Shown piece after piece: positions 29,694-39,931 of a stretch of DNA of 64,000 bases. Both the position numbers and the translations under genes were made by a program. This DNA comes from Gammaproteobacteria bacterium (lineage in GTDB: Bacteria > Pseudomonadota > Gammaproteobacteria > Ga0077536). Location: assembly GCA_021773835.1 (NCBI GenBank), contig JAJFJQ010000062.1, forward strand, positions 207,322 through 271,321. Direction: 5' to 3'. The notes below the pieces were generated by a model. It made no database searches, had not been told where the DNA came from, and worked only from the letters and a program-made list of their open reading frames with translations. Numbering within the stretch: position 1 is the first letter of the stretch; each line of letters begins with the position of its first letter.

Positions 29694-29975
29694 GTGATCA
29701 AGTCGTTCAAATGCCGGCAGACTGAGCGAATTTTCCGCGGAAACTTCTCTCGAAAATTTCCACGGGACATTCAGCGTATCGCGGCACGGAAACTTGAAAT
29801 GCTGGAAGCAGCTACCGTTTTGGGTTCGTTACGGATCCCTCCTTCCAACCGCCTTGAGAAGTTGAAAGGTGATCGCTCTGCCCAGCACAGCATTCGAATT
29901 AACGATCAATGGCGGATCTGTTTCGTTTGGAAACGCGGGGATGCGTTCAATGTAGAAATCGTGGATTACCACTAG
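29694..29975 (+). CDS. higB: HigB toxin (RelE/ParE superfamily mRNA interferase)
   Basis: 93 aa with KSFKC...RIFRGNFSRKFPRDIQRIAARKLEMLEAA...LKGDRSAQHSIRINDQWRICFVW...VEIVDYH. Confidence 0.85.
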   Translation: MIKSFKCRQTERIFRGNFSRKFPRDIQRIAARKLEMLEAATVLGSLRIPPSNRLEKLKGDRSAQHSIRINDQWRICFVWKRGDAFNVEIVDYH

Positions 29976-29986
29976 CGAGTAAACAA

Positions 29987-30286
29987 ATGACCAAGAGAGA
30001 ATTTGAACCCATCGCACCCGGCGAAATTCTGCTGGAAGAGTTTCTTCGTCCGATGGGGATCACCCAGTACCGATTAGCGAAGGACATCAGTGTTCCACAA
30101 AGGCGGGTCAGTGAGATCGTGCAAGGCAAACGCGGGATCACTGCCGATACCGCGTTACGCTTTGGACGGTTCTTTTGTATGGAGCCGCAGTTCTGGCTGA
30201 ATCTACAGTCCCGATTTGACTTACTGCGCGCTGAAGCCCAATTAGAAGAGCGCTTGGACAAGGAAGTGACCCCGCATGCTGCCTGA
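29987..30286 (+). CDS. higA: HigA antitoxin (XRE-family HTH)
   Basis: Starts at MTKREFEPIAPGEIL 12 nt after the higB stop. HTH region YRLAKDISVPQRRVSEIVQGKRGIT. The tracked ORF begins upstream in the same frame. Confidence 0.8.
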   Translation: MTKREFEPIAPGEILLEEFLRPMGITQYRLAKDISVPQRRVSEIVQGKRGITADTALRFGRFFCMEPQFWLNLQSRFDLLRAEAQLEERLDKEVTPHAA

Positions 30287-30533
30287 TTCGTTCACTCGTA
30301 TGTCTATTTGACGCGGAGGTTTTGTCAAGTTGTTACGCGCATGACAGATCGTGTCGTTGGAGAAGAAGCGCCGCCGTGCATCAGGCACACGTCACCTGTG
30401 ACCGAGTTTGAAACGCGCGCAAACGCAACCCGCGATAACTCTTCGCTCGTAATAGAAATCGACCTGGGCGAAACAGATTGTTGCACTGACCGTGCACGTT
30501 CAGGAATCGTTGCGCATTTCCGTCGGAGCGGAA

Positions 30534-31076
30534 TCAGCGCATCTGTCTTTCTTGCTCACGCGTCGGCTCATGCGAAACTTCCGCTCGATTGTCCGCGTAT
30601 CTATCCTGGCAGTGCGGCACGGATGGCATCACTAGGCGTTTGGCTGACGCGTAATTGCGAAGCTTATCGGTTGTGATCTCAATTGGAACGTTAAATGGTG
30701 AGCGCATCGCCTTCCGAAAGAAGCGCTTAGCCGCTTTCGTATCTTTGTGACTTTGCACGAGGATCTCGATCAAATCGCCGTCCTGGTCCACGGCCCGTCA
30801 AAGGTAACGACGCTTTCCTTGAACTGAAACGACGACTTCGTCGAGAAACCAGCGGTCGCCGCGAGGCCCTTGATGTTTTCTAATTCGACGAACGTAATCG
30901 GGTCCAAAGGTGAGACACCGCTGGCGAATGGTTTCGTCCGAAACCGAAACACCTCGCTTCGCTAACAGGTCTTCGACATCACGGGAGCTCAATGTGAAGC
31001 GATGATAAAGCCATACTGCCGGCGCGATGATTTCGGGTGGGAATCGGTATCCGCGGTAATCAGGAGAATTCGTCAT
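30534..31076 (-). pseudogene. IS6-family transposase remnant (frameshifted and C-terminally truncated)
   Basis: Two adjacent ORFs in different frames match the N-terminal part (FPPEIIAPAVWLYHRF...DEVVVSVQGKRRYL) and the middle part (DQDGDLIEILVQSHKDTKAAKRFFRKA...PIEITTDKLRNYASA) of IS26-like transposases. Confidence 0.65.
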
Positions 31077-31133
31077 TGCTAAGTCGTCGGCTATCCTGGG
31101 CTAACCTGACGGAACCCGCAATACGAATGCCGC

Positions 31134-32042
31134 TTAGATCTGCTTAATCAACTCGGAACTCAGCAGCAACCGATCGAGGCGCCGTTCCAGTTCCGGCGTA
31201 GCCGGTACCATTGGCAGTCGATGCTCGTTACTTCTGATCAAACCCATCTTTTTCATCATGTACTTGATCGGGATCGGATTAGTGTCCCAGAACACCGCCT
31301 GGTTCAAGTCATACAACTCGAAGTGCAGTGCGCGCCCAGTACTGAGATCCAGACGTTGCATCGCATCACACAGCGCAATAATCTTGTCTACCGCCACGTT
31401 GCCGACAGCGTTCATTACGCCTACGGCGCCAAGCGCGAGCATCGGGAAGCTCAAGGACTCAAGTCCGACAAATATGCGGAACGAACTGCCGAAGGCGAGC
31501 AGGCAATCGCTGACGAAATCGAGATCATTTACCGCGTGTTTGATCCCGACCAGGGTTGGTACACGGGTCGCGATCTGTTCTACCGTTGCAACATCGACCG
31601 ATACTGCAGCACGCCCGGGGATGTGGTAGATCAATAGCGGTCGATCGCTGCGCTCGCCGACCGCAGCGAAATAATCAACCAGCCCTCGACGCGGTGGACG
31701 GATATAGTATGGCGTCACCACGAGTATGGCATCCGCGCCACATTCGGTAGCGTGCTCGGTCAGTTGAAACGTCTCGACGAGTGACTGCGAACCGGTTGCG
31801 GCAACGACCTGGCAGCGACCGGCAGCGACGCGCACAGCCGTACTGACCAGTTCATTGCGTTCGGCAACCGTCAGTGAGCTTGGTTCGGCAGATGTTCCAT
31901 TGACGACAATTCCGTGGCCACCTTGCTCGACTTGCAGTTCGACTAGCTGCTGGAAGCTCTCAAGGTCAACCCGACCATCGTGGAACGGGGTAACGATGGG
32001 CGTGAATGAACCGCGCAATGAGTCGTCAGTAAGTGTCAGCAT
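31134..32042 (-). CDS. DapA-family (dihydrodipicolinate synthase / N-acetylneuraminate lyase superfamily) lyase/aldolase
   Basis: 302 aa with PIVTPFHDGRVD...NGTSAEPSSLT. Confidence 0.8.
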   Translation of the reverse strand: MLTLTDDSLRGSFTPIVTPFHDGRVDLESFQQLVELQVEQGGHGIVVNGTSAEPSSLTVAERNELVSTAVRVAAGRCQVVAATGSQSLVETFQLTEHATECGADAILVVTPYYIRPPRRGLVDYFAAVGERSDRPLLIYHIPGRAAVSVDVATVEQIATRVPTLVGIKHAVNDLDFVSDCLLAFGSSFRIFVGLESLSFPMLALGAVGVMNAVGNVAVDKIIALCDAMQRLDLSTGRALHFELYDLNQAVFWDTNPIPIKYMMKKMGLIRSNEHRLPMVPATPELERRLDRLLLSSELIKQI

Positions 32043-32195
32043 AAAAGTTGCCGCCCGGGCTCGTGAATATACTTAGTATGCTAAGTATATTCACGAGATC
32101 GACCGATAGCAAGCTAAGGTGAGCAGGGCCGATATCGCGCATACGGTCGTGGCCGGGATCTGCGCGGGGAATGAGTTCGCGGGTACACTATCGTC

Positions 32196-32744
32196 ATGAG
32201 CAGGCGCAGCAGAGGCAATTCCGGGGAAACGACCGAGTCGAAGTCCGCTACGACAGTCGAGTTCTCGCTCGATCAGAGCATGGGGGCGCTCGTCCGCTTT
32301 ACTCACCGCGCTTTCCTCGAGGACCTGCAGTCACACCTCGCTACGCATGACGTAAACGCGGGCATGTGGTTCTTTCTGCGGACGCTTTGGGAAGAAGACG
32401 GCATCACCCAGCGGGAGCTGAGCCGGCGGATAGGTATCTCGGAACCAACTGCGCTGCATCAGTTGCGCAAGATGGAAAGCGCGAAGCTGCTCGAGCGCCG
32501 ACGATCGAAAACGGATCGTCGTAAATTTGACGTCGTGTTGACCGCCAAGGGCCGCAGGCTGAAACAGAAACTACTGCCGTACGCGGTCGATCTCAATGCG
32601 GACGCACTGATGGGGATTCCGAAAAGCGATGTCCAGATCGCGCGGCGCGTGCTTGCCGATATTCGCGATAACCTCAGCAAACGGCGCCAGGAACGCGATG
32701 TCGCCATCCGTAAAAAGGCTGGCCCGGGGGCTAGCAAGGACTGA
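32196..32744 (+). CDS. MarR-family transcriptional regulator
   Basis: RELSRRIGISEPTALHQLRKMESAKLLERRRSKTDRRKFDVVLTAKG. Confidence 0.75.
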   Translation: MSRRSRGNSGETTESKSATTVEFSLDQSMGALVRFTHRAFLEDLQSHLATHDVNAGMWFFLRTLWEEDGITQRELSRRIGISEPTALHQLRKMESAKLLERRRSKTDRRKFDVVLTAKGRRLKQKLLPYAVDLNADALMGIPKSDVQIARRVLADIRDNLSKRRQERDVAIRKKAGPGASKD

Positions 32745-32796
32745 ATTGCGGACTCGCACCAGGCTCACGAACCTAGCGGGCCACGGCCGCCCGGAC

Positions 32797-33090
32797 CTAC
32801 TCTTCGATAGCGGCCAGACGCCAGTTTCTAAAAACCGGTTCGTCGGCCGGCACGATCTCAGTCCGCAGCAATGCGTAACATCCAGGGCAGAAGGCCTGTC
32901 GTAGAACAATTTCGCGTTTTGTGTAATGACTCGGATCGGCATGGACACCGGGTCCGGCGTCAGCGGCCGGGCGCACCCGTTGCAGCGCGCCTGATAATGG
33001 ATCGGTTCGCGCATTCCCAATCGTCGCTGAGCAATGCCGACACTGCACGACCCCGGCACTGTCAACTGTGAGATTGTCATCGATGTTCAT
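32797..33090 (-). CDS. Small Cys-rich subunit resembling the acetone carboxylase gamma subunit
   Basis: ~97 aa from the internal Met MNIDDNL. Two Cys pairs (CRHC...CPGC). Positioned immediately after the hydantoinase B-type gene, as in acxABC. The family call is from memory. Confidence 0.45.
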   Translation of the reverse strand: MNIDDNLTVDSAGVVQCRHCSATIGNARTDPLSGALQRVRPAADAGPGVHADPSHYTKREIVLRQAFCPGCYALLRTEIVPADEPVFRNWRLAAIEE

Positions 33091-33109
33091 GCTGCTACTC
33101 CCGTCGGTT

Positions 33110-35086
33110 TTATCCGGCTTTGCGATCTCCGGCCCGCACTTCGCGTAATTGGTTGCGCCGCGTCTGGGTAGCCGCATCGTCCAGCGTGCCGTCGGCGTCA
33201 CAAACGACACCGTAAATCATGTCCGCGGCATGGGCAGAAACACGCTGCCGATGGATGTCGTGCACGACTTCGTGTGGGTCGCGCAGTAACGGATCGCCAT
33301 AGCCGCCGCCCCCCTGCCAATGGGTGTAGTACACGTCGCCCGGATCAAGGTCTGTTTCAGCATGTGAAGGCAGCTCATCATGTTGCCCGACAATATCCTG
33401 CAGATTGCGCGGGATCCGGCCCGCGGCGAACTGCTGGTGCACATCGGTGGCGCGCACCAGTACGTCGTAGCTGTTGTTTGCGGGATATCCGCCGCACAAA
33501 CCGTGGGCCAGCGGCAGCGCTTTCCCTGGCGAGGAAACGACCAGGTGCACGCGACCGGCGGGCGAGTCATGTGGAATAAAGCAGCTCGAAGCACCAAGTC
33601 CGCCACGAAAGCGCCCAGGACCACCAGAATCCACCTCCTCACGCCGCCAGAGGTAAAGCATCGGAAAACTGAATTCGTTGATTTCTACATCCGCGATGCG
33701 GCCCATCGGAATGCAACTCTGGCCTCCGGTATCAACTCCATCGCGATCTGTGCGGGCGCCGAGGCCGCCGGACATGGAGTCGCACAGCATGGTTACGAAT
33801 GGTCCGCCGCGCTGATCCACACCTGCCAGTACGGTCAGATCCCAAGTCCCTTCGCAAACCGACATTGCGCCACGGCAATGCTGCGGATGCGTGACCAGCA
33901 TACTGGCGATAGTTTCCGACACTGCATTTTGCGTCGCCCAGGCCGAAGCAACGGAGGCTTTGCCGACGCCCGCCGGGAAAGTGCAATTGTTGATCGTACC
34001 CTGCTCGCTGATGATATTCAGGCAACGGTATATGCCGCCGGGGACCCAGGGAATGTCGTTACACAGCATGGTCAATACGATCGGCATAATGCCGCCACGC
34101 AAACCGGCGAAGGTGCAGTTAATAAAGCCCTCGACCTGCTTGTCAGTACCGGTGAAGTCGAACGTAAGGCTGTCGCCCTGTTTACTCATCTGAAGCACGA
34201 TCTTGTAGATACCGTCATCCCCGGCGCGCGCGCCGTCCTGGTGGGCCACCGCCCCCCAGGTGCCGTTCGGCAGGCTGCTCAGTTTTGCGCGGAGACGCTT
34301 TTCAGCATCCGCCATCATGCGTTTCATGACCGCCTTGACCGTGTCGGGGCCATATTTCCCGATTAACTGGTCAAGACGCTCCTGTGCAACGTTATTGGCG
34401 CCAAGCTTGGCGCGCAGATCGAGCGCGATAAGCTTCGGGACACGGGAACGACGCAGGTACATGTCCTCGATGTCCGGACGTAGCTCTCCGCCCTCTATGA
34501 TCTTGACGGGCGGTACCGGCGTCGATTCCCAAAATACGTCGCGCCCGGATACCGACCAGCTGCCGGGCGATACGCCGCCAAGGTCAACCTGATGGCACAC
34601 CGCGCCGGTCCACGCGAACAGCTTACCGTCGTGGAACAGCGGTGCGAACAAGCTCACGTCGTTTTGATGCAGTCCGCCACCAACCCAGGGGTCGTTGCAC
34701 AAAAACATATCGCCGGGCTTGATCCCGGGGCGTTCGCAGCGGTGCTCCAGAGTCCACTTAATCGCCATGTCGAGCGATGCAGCGAGTTGCGTGTTGTAAA
34801 CCCCGACCAGCACGAGATCGCCGGTTTCGTCGGCAATCGCCGCGCTGAAGTCATTGCAGTCGGTAACCACAACGGAGCCGGACATGCGCTTCAGGGCGTC
34901 ACCCATATCTTCGGTGATGGCCGCGAGGCGGTGCCGGATGACTTCGAACGTCAACGGGTCGACCGCTTCAATGGCGCGTTCGTCAATTGTATGGATCGCC
35001 AGGTTCGACGCAGCGGCAAGCAGTTCCGCCGGACTGCGTTGGACGAAATTAAAGCGTTCGGAGCCGGAAACGTGGGTGATCGTCAT
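33110..35086 (-). CDS. Hydantoinase B / oxoprolinase-family subunit (acetone-carboxylase alpha-like)
   Basis: 658 aa with DPLTFEVIRHRLAAITEDMGDALKRMSGSVVVTDCNDFSAAI. A 4 nt overlap with the upstream hydantoinase A gene. Confidence 0.88.
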   Translation of the reverse strand: MTITHVSGSERFNFVQRSPAELLAAASNLAIHTIDERAIEAVDPLTFEVIRHRLAAITEDMGDALKRMSGSVVVTDCNDFSAAIADETGDLVLVGVYNTQLAASLDMAIKWTLEHRCERPGIKPGDMFLCNDPWVGGGLHQNDVSLFAPLFHDGKLFAWTGAVCHQVDLGGVSPGSWSVSGRDVFWESTPVPPVKIIEGGELRPDIEDMYLRRSRVPKLIALDLRAKLGANNVAQERLDQLIGKYGPDTVKAVMKRMMADAEKRLRAKLSSLPNGTWGAVAHQDGARAGDDGIYKIVLQMSKQGDSLTFDFTGTDKQVEGFINCTFAGLRGGIMPIVLTMLCNDIPWVPGGIYRCLNIISEQGTINNCTFPAGVGKASVASAWATQNAVSETIASMLVTHPQHCRGAMSVCEGTWDLTVLAGVDQRGGPFVTMLCDSMSGGLGARTDRDGVDTGGQSCIPMGRIADVEINEFSFPMLYLWRREEVDSGGPGRFRGGLGASSCFIPHDSPAGRVHLVVSSPGKALPLAHGLCGGYPANNSYDVLVRATDVHQQFAAGRIPRNLQDIVGQHDELPSHAETDLDPGDVYYTHWQGGGGYGDPLLRDPHEVVHDIHRQRVSAHAADMIYGVVCDADGTLDDAATQTRRNQLREVRAGDRKAG

Positions 35087-37212
35087 GCCAGTTTCTCCTT
35101 CTCGCTTCCGTTAACGGTCGCGACGTAAGTAATTCTGAGATTACCGAGTTCGTCGACCCGTGCATCGCAACCGAACGGTATGGCAACGGTGGTCGTCGGC
35201 GCCTCAACCACGGCTGGTCCTTTCAGGGTATCGCCCGGTCCGAGATCGAGATAATCGTAAATCGCAGTGCGTTCAAATCCACGCCGTATATCCAGGAATA
35301 CGTCGCGACTACCCCGAGCTTGCGCGCTTGCAGGCTTGCGTTCTGCGTGCGGCAATTCCGGCCGTATCGGCAGGCGGCCGCGGACCCGCATGCGATATGT
35401 GATCAACTGCATGCCCGCATCCCGATAGCCGGCATCCTTACCATACAGCTCCGCATACAGTGCTTCGAACGATTGTCCGATGGAGTCGACCTTCTCGGCG
35501 TCCAGTTCCCCGGCTGGAACCGGGGTCGTTACCTCGGCCAGCTGCATGGTGTAGCGAACGTCGACCTCGCGCTCGTAGGTCACGTCCGTAAAACTTAATC
35601 CCTGCTCGTCAAGGTAAGCGCTAAGTTCCCGCTCCAGGTCGCTGAAAATGTCCTGTAGCTGTTGCGGATCCGGTGGAAAATTTTCAGGTTGCGAGCGTTC
35701 GCGGGTCAGGACGATGTCTGAGCTGGCAAGACCGTACGCCGAGAACACAGCCGCAGTTGACCCGAGCGGAACCAGTACTTCGATGACGCCAAGATCGGCC
35801 GCATAGCTTGCGCAATGCATGGGGCCTGCGCCACCGAACGCATAGAGAACGAAATCGCGCGGATCGCGGCCGCTGTTTACAACCACCTTGCGTACCAAGT
35901 CAGCAGCCTGTGCATTCTGGATTGCGTAGATGGCTGCAGCCGCATCGCTAACGCTCATGCCGAGCGGGTCAGCGATATGTTTTTTGATCGATGCTTTCGC
36001 ACTCGCGACGGATAGTGGTTTTTTGCCGCCCAGGAAGTAATCCGGATTAATGATGCCGAGCACCAGGTCCGCGTCGGTCAATGTGGGGCGCTCACCGCCC
36101 TCGTCATAGCAAGCCGGACCAGGGTGCGCGCCGGCGCTATCCGGACCGACGCGCAGGTTGCCACCCTGGTCAAGCCACGCGATCGCGCCACCGCCAGCTC
36201 CAATGGTATGCACGTCGACCATGGAACTCGAAATCAGATACTGATTGATGACCACTGTATTGGTCGAGACAGGCTTGCCGTCCACCAACAAGCCAACCAG
36301 AAATGTTGTGCCGCCGATATCGGTCGAGATTACGTTGTCATGGTTAAGGATTCGGCCCAGATTCGCGCAACCGACGAGGCCGCCGGTAAGCACCGAACCA
36401 AGCGTTGTGACGGCATGACGAGGTGCCTCGCGAGCGCGAACGCAGCCGCCAGAACCTTGCATCACAAGTAGCGAGCCGTCAAAGCCACGCCCACGCAACT
36501 CGTCTTCCAGCGGGTACAAGTAGCCACGGAGGATAGGCGCGACCTGGGTATTAACTATCGTGGTGGCGCTGCGCGGAAATTCACGAATGCGCGGACTGAC
36601 ATCTGAAGATAGTGCGACGTAGAGGTCGGGCGCTATTTCACCAATAATGTCGCGGACTCGATGTTCGTGCGCCGGATTGCTGAACGACCAGAGAAAAGAC
36701 ACCGCTAGCGCTTCGACGCCTTTATCGATCAGCCGCCGGGTCGCCTGGCGAACGCCGCCCTCATCAAGACACACAATTTCCGCCCCTTTGTAGTCGATCC
36801 GCTCGTTGATTTCCTCGATCAATTGACGCGGCACCAGGGCTGGCGGTTTGCTGGTGTTGGCCATGTTCTGGATTTCTTCTGCATCCAGGCCAGCATAGCG
36901 TCCCTCAACATTCATAATCGAAATAGAATCGGCGTGCCCCTGAGTGGTCATGAATCCGACTTTGGACACATTGCCCGTGACCAGTGCGTTAAGCGTGGAA
37001 GTTGTACCGTGCACGATATAGTCCGTATTGCCGAGCAACTCTGGCGTGCTGATCCCGACTACTGCGGCCAGTTCGTCGACGACATTCAGGAACCCGAGCG
37101 AAAAATCGTGCGGTGTAGACGGTGATTTTGCTGCGAACAGGATGCCCGCTTCATCGGCCAGGAAACCATCCGTAAAGGTACCCCCGGTATCGATACCCAT
37201 AACATATGCCAT
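35083..37212 (-). CDS. Hydantoinase A / oxoprolinase-family subunit (acetone-carboxylase beta-like)
   Basis: 709 aa with the N-terminus MAYVMGIDTGGTFTDGF and ASKHA-fold ATP-binding motifs. Confidence 0.88.
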   Translation of the reverse strand: MAYVMGIDTGGTFTDGFLADEAGILFAAKSPSTPHDFSLGFLNVVDELAAVVGISTPELLGNTDYIVHGTTSTLNALVTGNVSKVGFMTTQGHADSISIMNVEGRYAGLDAEEIQNMANTSKPPALVPRQLIEEINERIDYKGAEIVCLDEGGVRQATRRLIDKGVEALAVSFLWSFSNPAHEHRVRDIIGEIAPDLYVALSSDVSPRIREFPRSATTIVNTQVAPILRGYLYPLEDELRGRGFDGSLLVMQGSGGCVRAREAPRHAVTTLGSVLTGGLVGCANLGRILNHDNVISTDIGGTTFLVGLLVDGKPVSTNTVVINQYLISSSMVDVHTIGAGGGAIAWLDQGGNLRVGPDSAGAHPGPACYDEGGERPTLTDADLVLGIINPDYFLGGKKPLSVASAKASIKKHIADPLGMSVSDAAAAIYAIQNAQAADLVRKVVVNSGRDPRDFVLYAFGGAGPMHCASYAADLGVIEVLVPLGSTAAVFSAYGLASSDIVLTRERSQPENFPPDPQQLQDIFSDLERELSAYLDEQGLSFTDVTYEREVDVRYTMQLAEVTTPVPAGELDAEKVDSIGQSFEALYAELYGKDAGYRDAGMQLITYRMRVRGRLPIRPELPHAERKPASAQARGSRDVFLDIRRGFERTAIYDYLDLGPGDTLKGPAVVEAPTTTVAIPFGCDARVDELGNLRITYVATVNGSEKEKLA

Positions 37213-37288
37213 CGCAAATTCCTCTTATACCTTCTCGCGCCAGTGGGTGATCGGCTTATTTATCGATAGTGCGCCTTGTGCAATGCAA

Positions 37289-38776
37289 TCAATCGAGGCG
37301 CACATGAATGTTCTTGACTTGCGTGTAGGACAACAATTCTGACAACCCCTCTTCGCGGCCGAGCCCGGATTTCTTGTAGCCCCCGAACTCAGCGCCGATG
37401 AAATGGCTGGTCATATGGTTGATCCAGACGTAGCCCGATTCGATGCGGCTTGCGAGGCGGTGAGCGCGTTGCAGGTCGCGGGTCCAGATTGAGGCTGTTA
37501 GACCGTAATCGACCGAGTTAATTTGGGTCACCAGTTCGTCTTCGTCACTCCACGGAATTACCGACAGAACGGGACCAAATACTTCCTCGCGAAACAGCCG
37601 CATCGCGGGCGTGACATCAGCGAATACCGTCGGTTCGACGAACCAACCCTTTGATAAAGTCTGGTCCGCAGACGGCCTGCCGCCGCATAACAAGCGGGCG
37701 CCCTCTTCTTTGGCCCCCTCGATGAAGGCCATAACCTTGTTGAATTGAGGTTCCGAAATAAGGCTGCCCATCGTTGTGTTCATATTCGTGGGGTCACCGC
37801 ATCGGTGAAGCTTCGGTATCAGTTCCGTAATTCCGGCACAGACTTCATCGTAAACTGAGCTGTGCGCGAAACAGCGCGAGGTTGAGCCACAGGACTGCCC
37901 CGCCCAGGTGAAGTTCATACCACCGACTGCGCCGGTGACGGCGCGCTCTAGATCAGCATCCGGGCATATGACCAGAGGATTCTTACCTCCAAGTTCGAGT
38001 GTTACCGGAATGATCTTCTCGGCAGCGGCACGCAATATGTTGCTACCAGTCTGGACCGAACCGATGAGTGCTACTTTGCGCACCAATGGGTGGTCGACAA
38101 GTGCCGCGCCGCATTCGCTGCCACCGGTGACGATGTTCACCACGCCTGGGGGCAACGTGTCGGCTATTATTTCGGCTAAGCGATACGAAGACAGCGGTGC
38201 CTGCGCTGGAGGTTTCATCACGACCGTGTTGCCGGCAGCGATTGCGGGCGCGAGCTTACCCGCGAGAAACATCAAGGGGTGGTTATAGGCCACGATGCGG
38301 GCAACGACGCCCAGCGGTTCGCGCAGCGAATAATTCAGCACGCCAGATCCCATGGGCAACGTGTCGCCTTTGAGTTCGTGGACCAGGCCGGCGTAGTAGT
38401 CGATTTGTGCTGCAGCGATGACCGCGTCCCTGGTCATCTCGCGCACCGGATTACCGCAGTTGATAGCATCGATTAAAGCGAATTCGTCGGCCGAAGCACG
38501 TATTTTCGCGGCTAGTTCACGCATAAAGGTGGCGCGCGCACCCGGTGCCGTATCCCGCCAGGTTGCGAACGCCGTGTGCGCAGCCTGCACGGCACGATCG
38601 ACGTCCGTGGCGTTAGCAACGGCGCAGTTACCGAGTTCGTCCTGGTTGGCCGGGTTAACGGTTGCTGCATATCCACCATCCGGCCGGTGCCAGGCGTTCC
38701 CGAAAAAAAGATCGCGAGTGCGGGGTAAAACGCCGTACTTTTCCGACGGATTGATGATGGCTCGATTTTCAGTCAT
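37289..38776 (-). CDS. NAD(P)-dependent aldehyde dehydrogenase
   Basis: 495 aa with LELGGKNP and a catalytic Cys region. Confidence 0.9.
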   Translation of the reverse strand: MTENRAIINPSEKYGVLPRTRDLFFGNAWHRPDGGYAATVNPANQDELGNCAVANATDVDRAVQAAHTAFATWRDTAPGARATFMRELAAKIRASADEFALIDAINCGNPVREMTRDAVIAAAQIDYYAGLVHELKGDTLPMGSGVLNYSLREPLGVVARIVAYNHPLMFLAGKLAPAIAAGNTVVMKPPAQAPLSSYRLAEIIADTLPPGVVNIVTGGSECGAALVDHPLVRKVALIGSVQTGSNILRAAAEKIIPVTLELGGKNPLVICPDADLERAVTGAVGGMNFTWAGQSCGSTSRCFAHSSVYDEVCAGITELIPKLHRCGDPTNMNTTMGSLISEPQFNKVMAFIEGAKEEGARLLCGGRPSADQTLSKGWFVEPTVFADVTPAMRLFREEVFGPVLSVIPWSDEDELVTQINSVDYGLTASIWTRDLQRAHRLASRIESGYVWINHMTSHFIGAEFGGYKKSGLGREEGLSELLSYTQVKNIHVRLD

Positions 38777-38836
38777 GTGCCTGCCCTGTACAGAGGTGTT
38801 GCAACAATCGGGAACGCTGGTTACTGCGCGCGTGGA

Positions 38837-39643
38837 TCAGAGAAAAGTCAGACCACCGTCCACTGTTAAGGACTGCCCGGTCATAAACGCGCTGGCGTCG
38901 CTCGACAAGAACAGAATGGTGCCGACCAGGTCATCCGGCGCTTGCGGGCGCGATACACAACGCATCGCGATCATCGCGTCGCGCTGCTGCGGTGTGACGG
39001 TTTCGCGCTCGATTTCCGTTTCTACGGCGCCCGGCAGGATCGTATTGACGGTGATTCCATGTGGGCCAAGTTCGCGCGCGAGACTGCGCGACATTCCAAC
39101 CAGGGATGACTTCGAGGTTGTGTAGTGGAGATAGTTACCGCGGCCCATGGTGACTGAGGCGGAACCCATGTTGACGATGCGACCATAGTTCTGGTCAACC
39201 ATCACCGGAGCGGCGGCTCGCGCCATCAGGAATGGTCCGGTAATGTTGACGCGTAGTACCTGGTCCCACTCGTCGAGTGGAATTTCAGTAAACGGGCGCA
39301 TCTTAATAGTCGAGAAAATTCCGGCATTGTTGATCAGGATGTCGAGGCGACCGAATGCCGCTACAGCTGCAGTAACTGCAGCGTTCGCCGAATCGGCCTG
39401 TGCGACATCGGTTTGGCAGGCCAGGGCTTCGCCGCCCGCAGCGCGGATAGCCGTAGCTACTCGCTCCCCGCTTTCAGCATTACGCTCCGCGATGACAACC
39501 GCGGCGCCGGCATCGGCGAATGCGTGCGCGAAAACCTGTCCGATGCCTTGACCGCCGCCGGTAACCATGGCGACGCGCCCGGCCAGATCGATTTGATTAC
39601 TCACTGCATAGTCTCCCATTGTTTGCTCGTCCCTCGCGACCAC
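38837..39643 (-). CDS. Short-chain dehydrogenase/reductase
   Basis: VTGGGQGIG motif and YTTSKSS catalytic Tyr/Lys. The true start may be the internal MGDYAV. Confidence 0.88.
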   Translation of the reverse strand: MVARDEQTMGDYAVSNQIDLAGRVAMVTGGGQGIGQVFAHAFADAGAAVVIAERNAESGERVATAIRAAGGEALACQTDVAQADSANAAVTAAVAAFGRLDILINNAGIFSTIKMRPFTEIPLDEWDQVLRVNITGPFLMARAAAPVMVDQNYGRIVNMGSASVTMGRGNYLHYTTSKSSLVGMSRSLARELGPHGITVNTILPGAVETEIERETVTPQQRDAMIAMRCVSRPQAPDDLVGTILFLSSDASAFMTGQSLTVDGGLTFL

Positions 39644-39931
39644 TGGCGTCGGGTTGATAACTCCGCAGCGTCAGTGGACCGGGCGAAAATGACGAGAATA
39701 TCCTGCAGCCGAACCGCCCTAAGGTGCCAGCGTTAACGCTCACGGGTTTGATACAGCCTAGCGCAAAATACTTAGTAAGCAAAGTATTTATTCAGAGCGA
39801 GTTCAGACTGACGCGGACGATGCGCATTACTTGAAAGAAGTGGTCGCCGAGCGCAGGAAAGTGGTTTCCGGCTGCGCAATCAGCGGCATCCTAGCAGGGG
39901 CAACAGCGGTGAAGATGAACTTAGGCGAGCC

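Noticed and set aside
30308-30952. Tracked ORFs 30308-30676 (+) and 30770-30952 (-) overlapping the IS6 remnant
   Set aside because: They are alternative frames of a decayed transposase and have no independent support.
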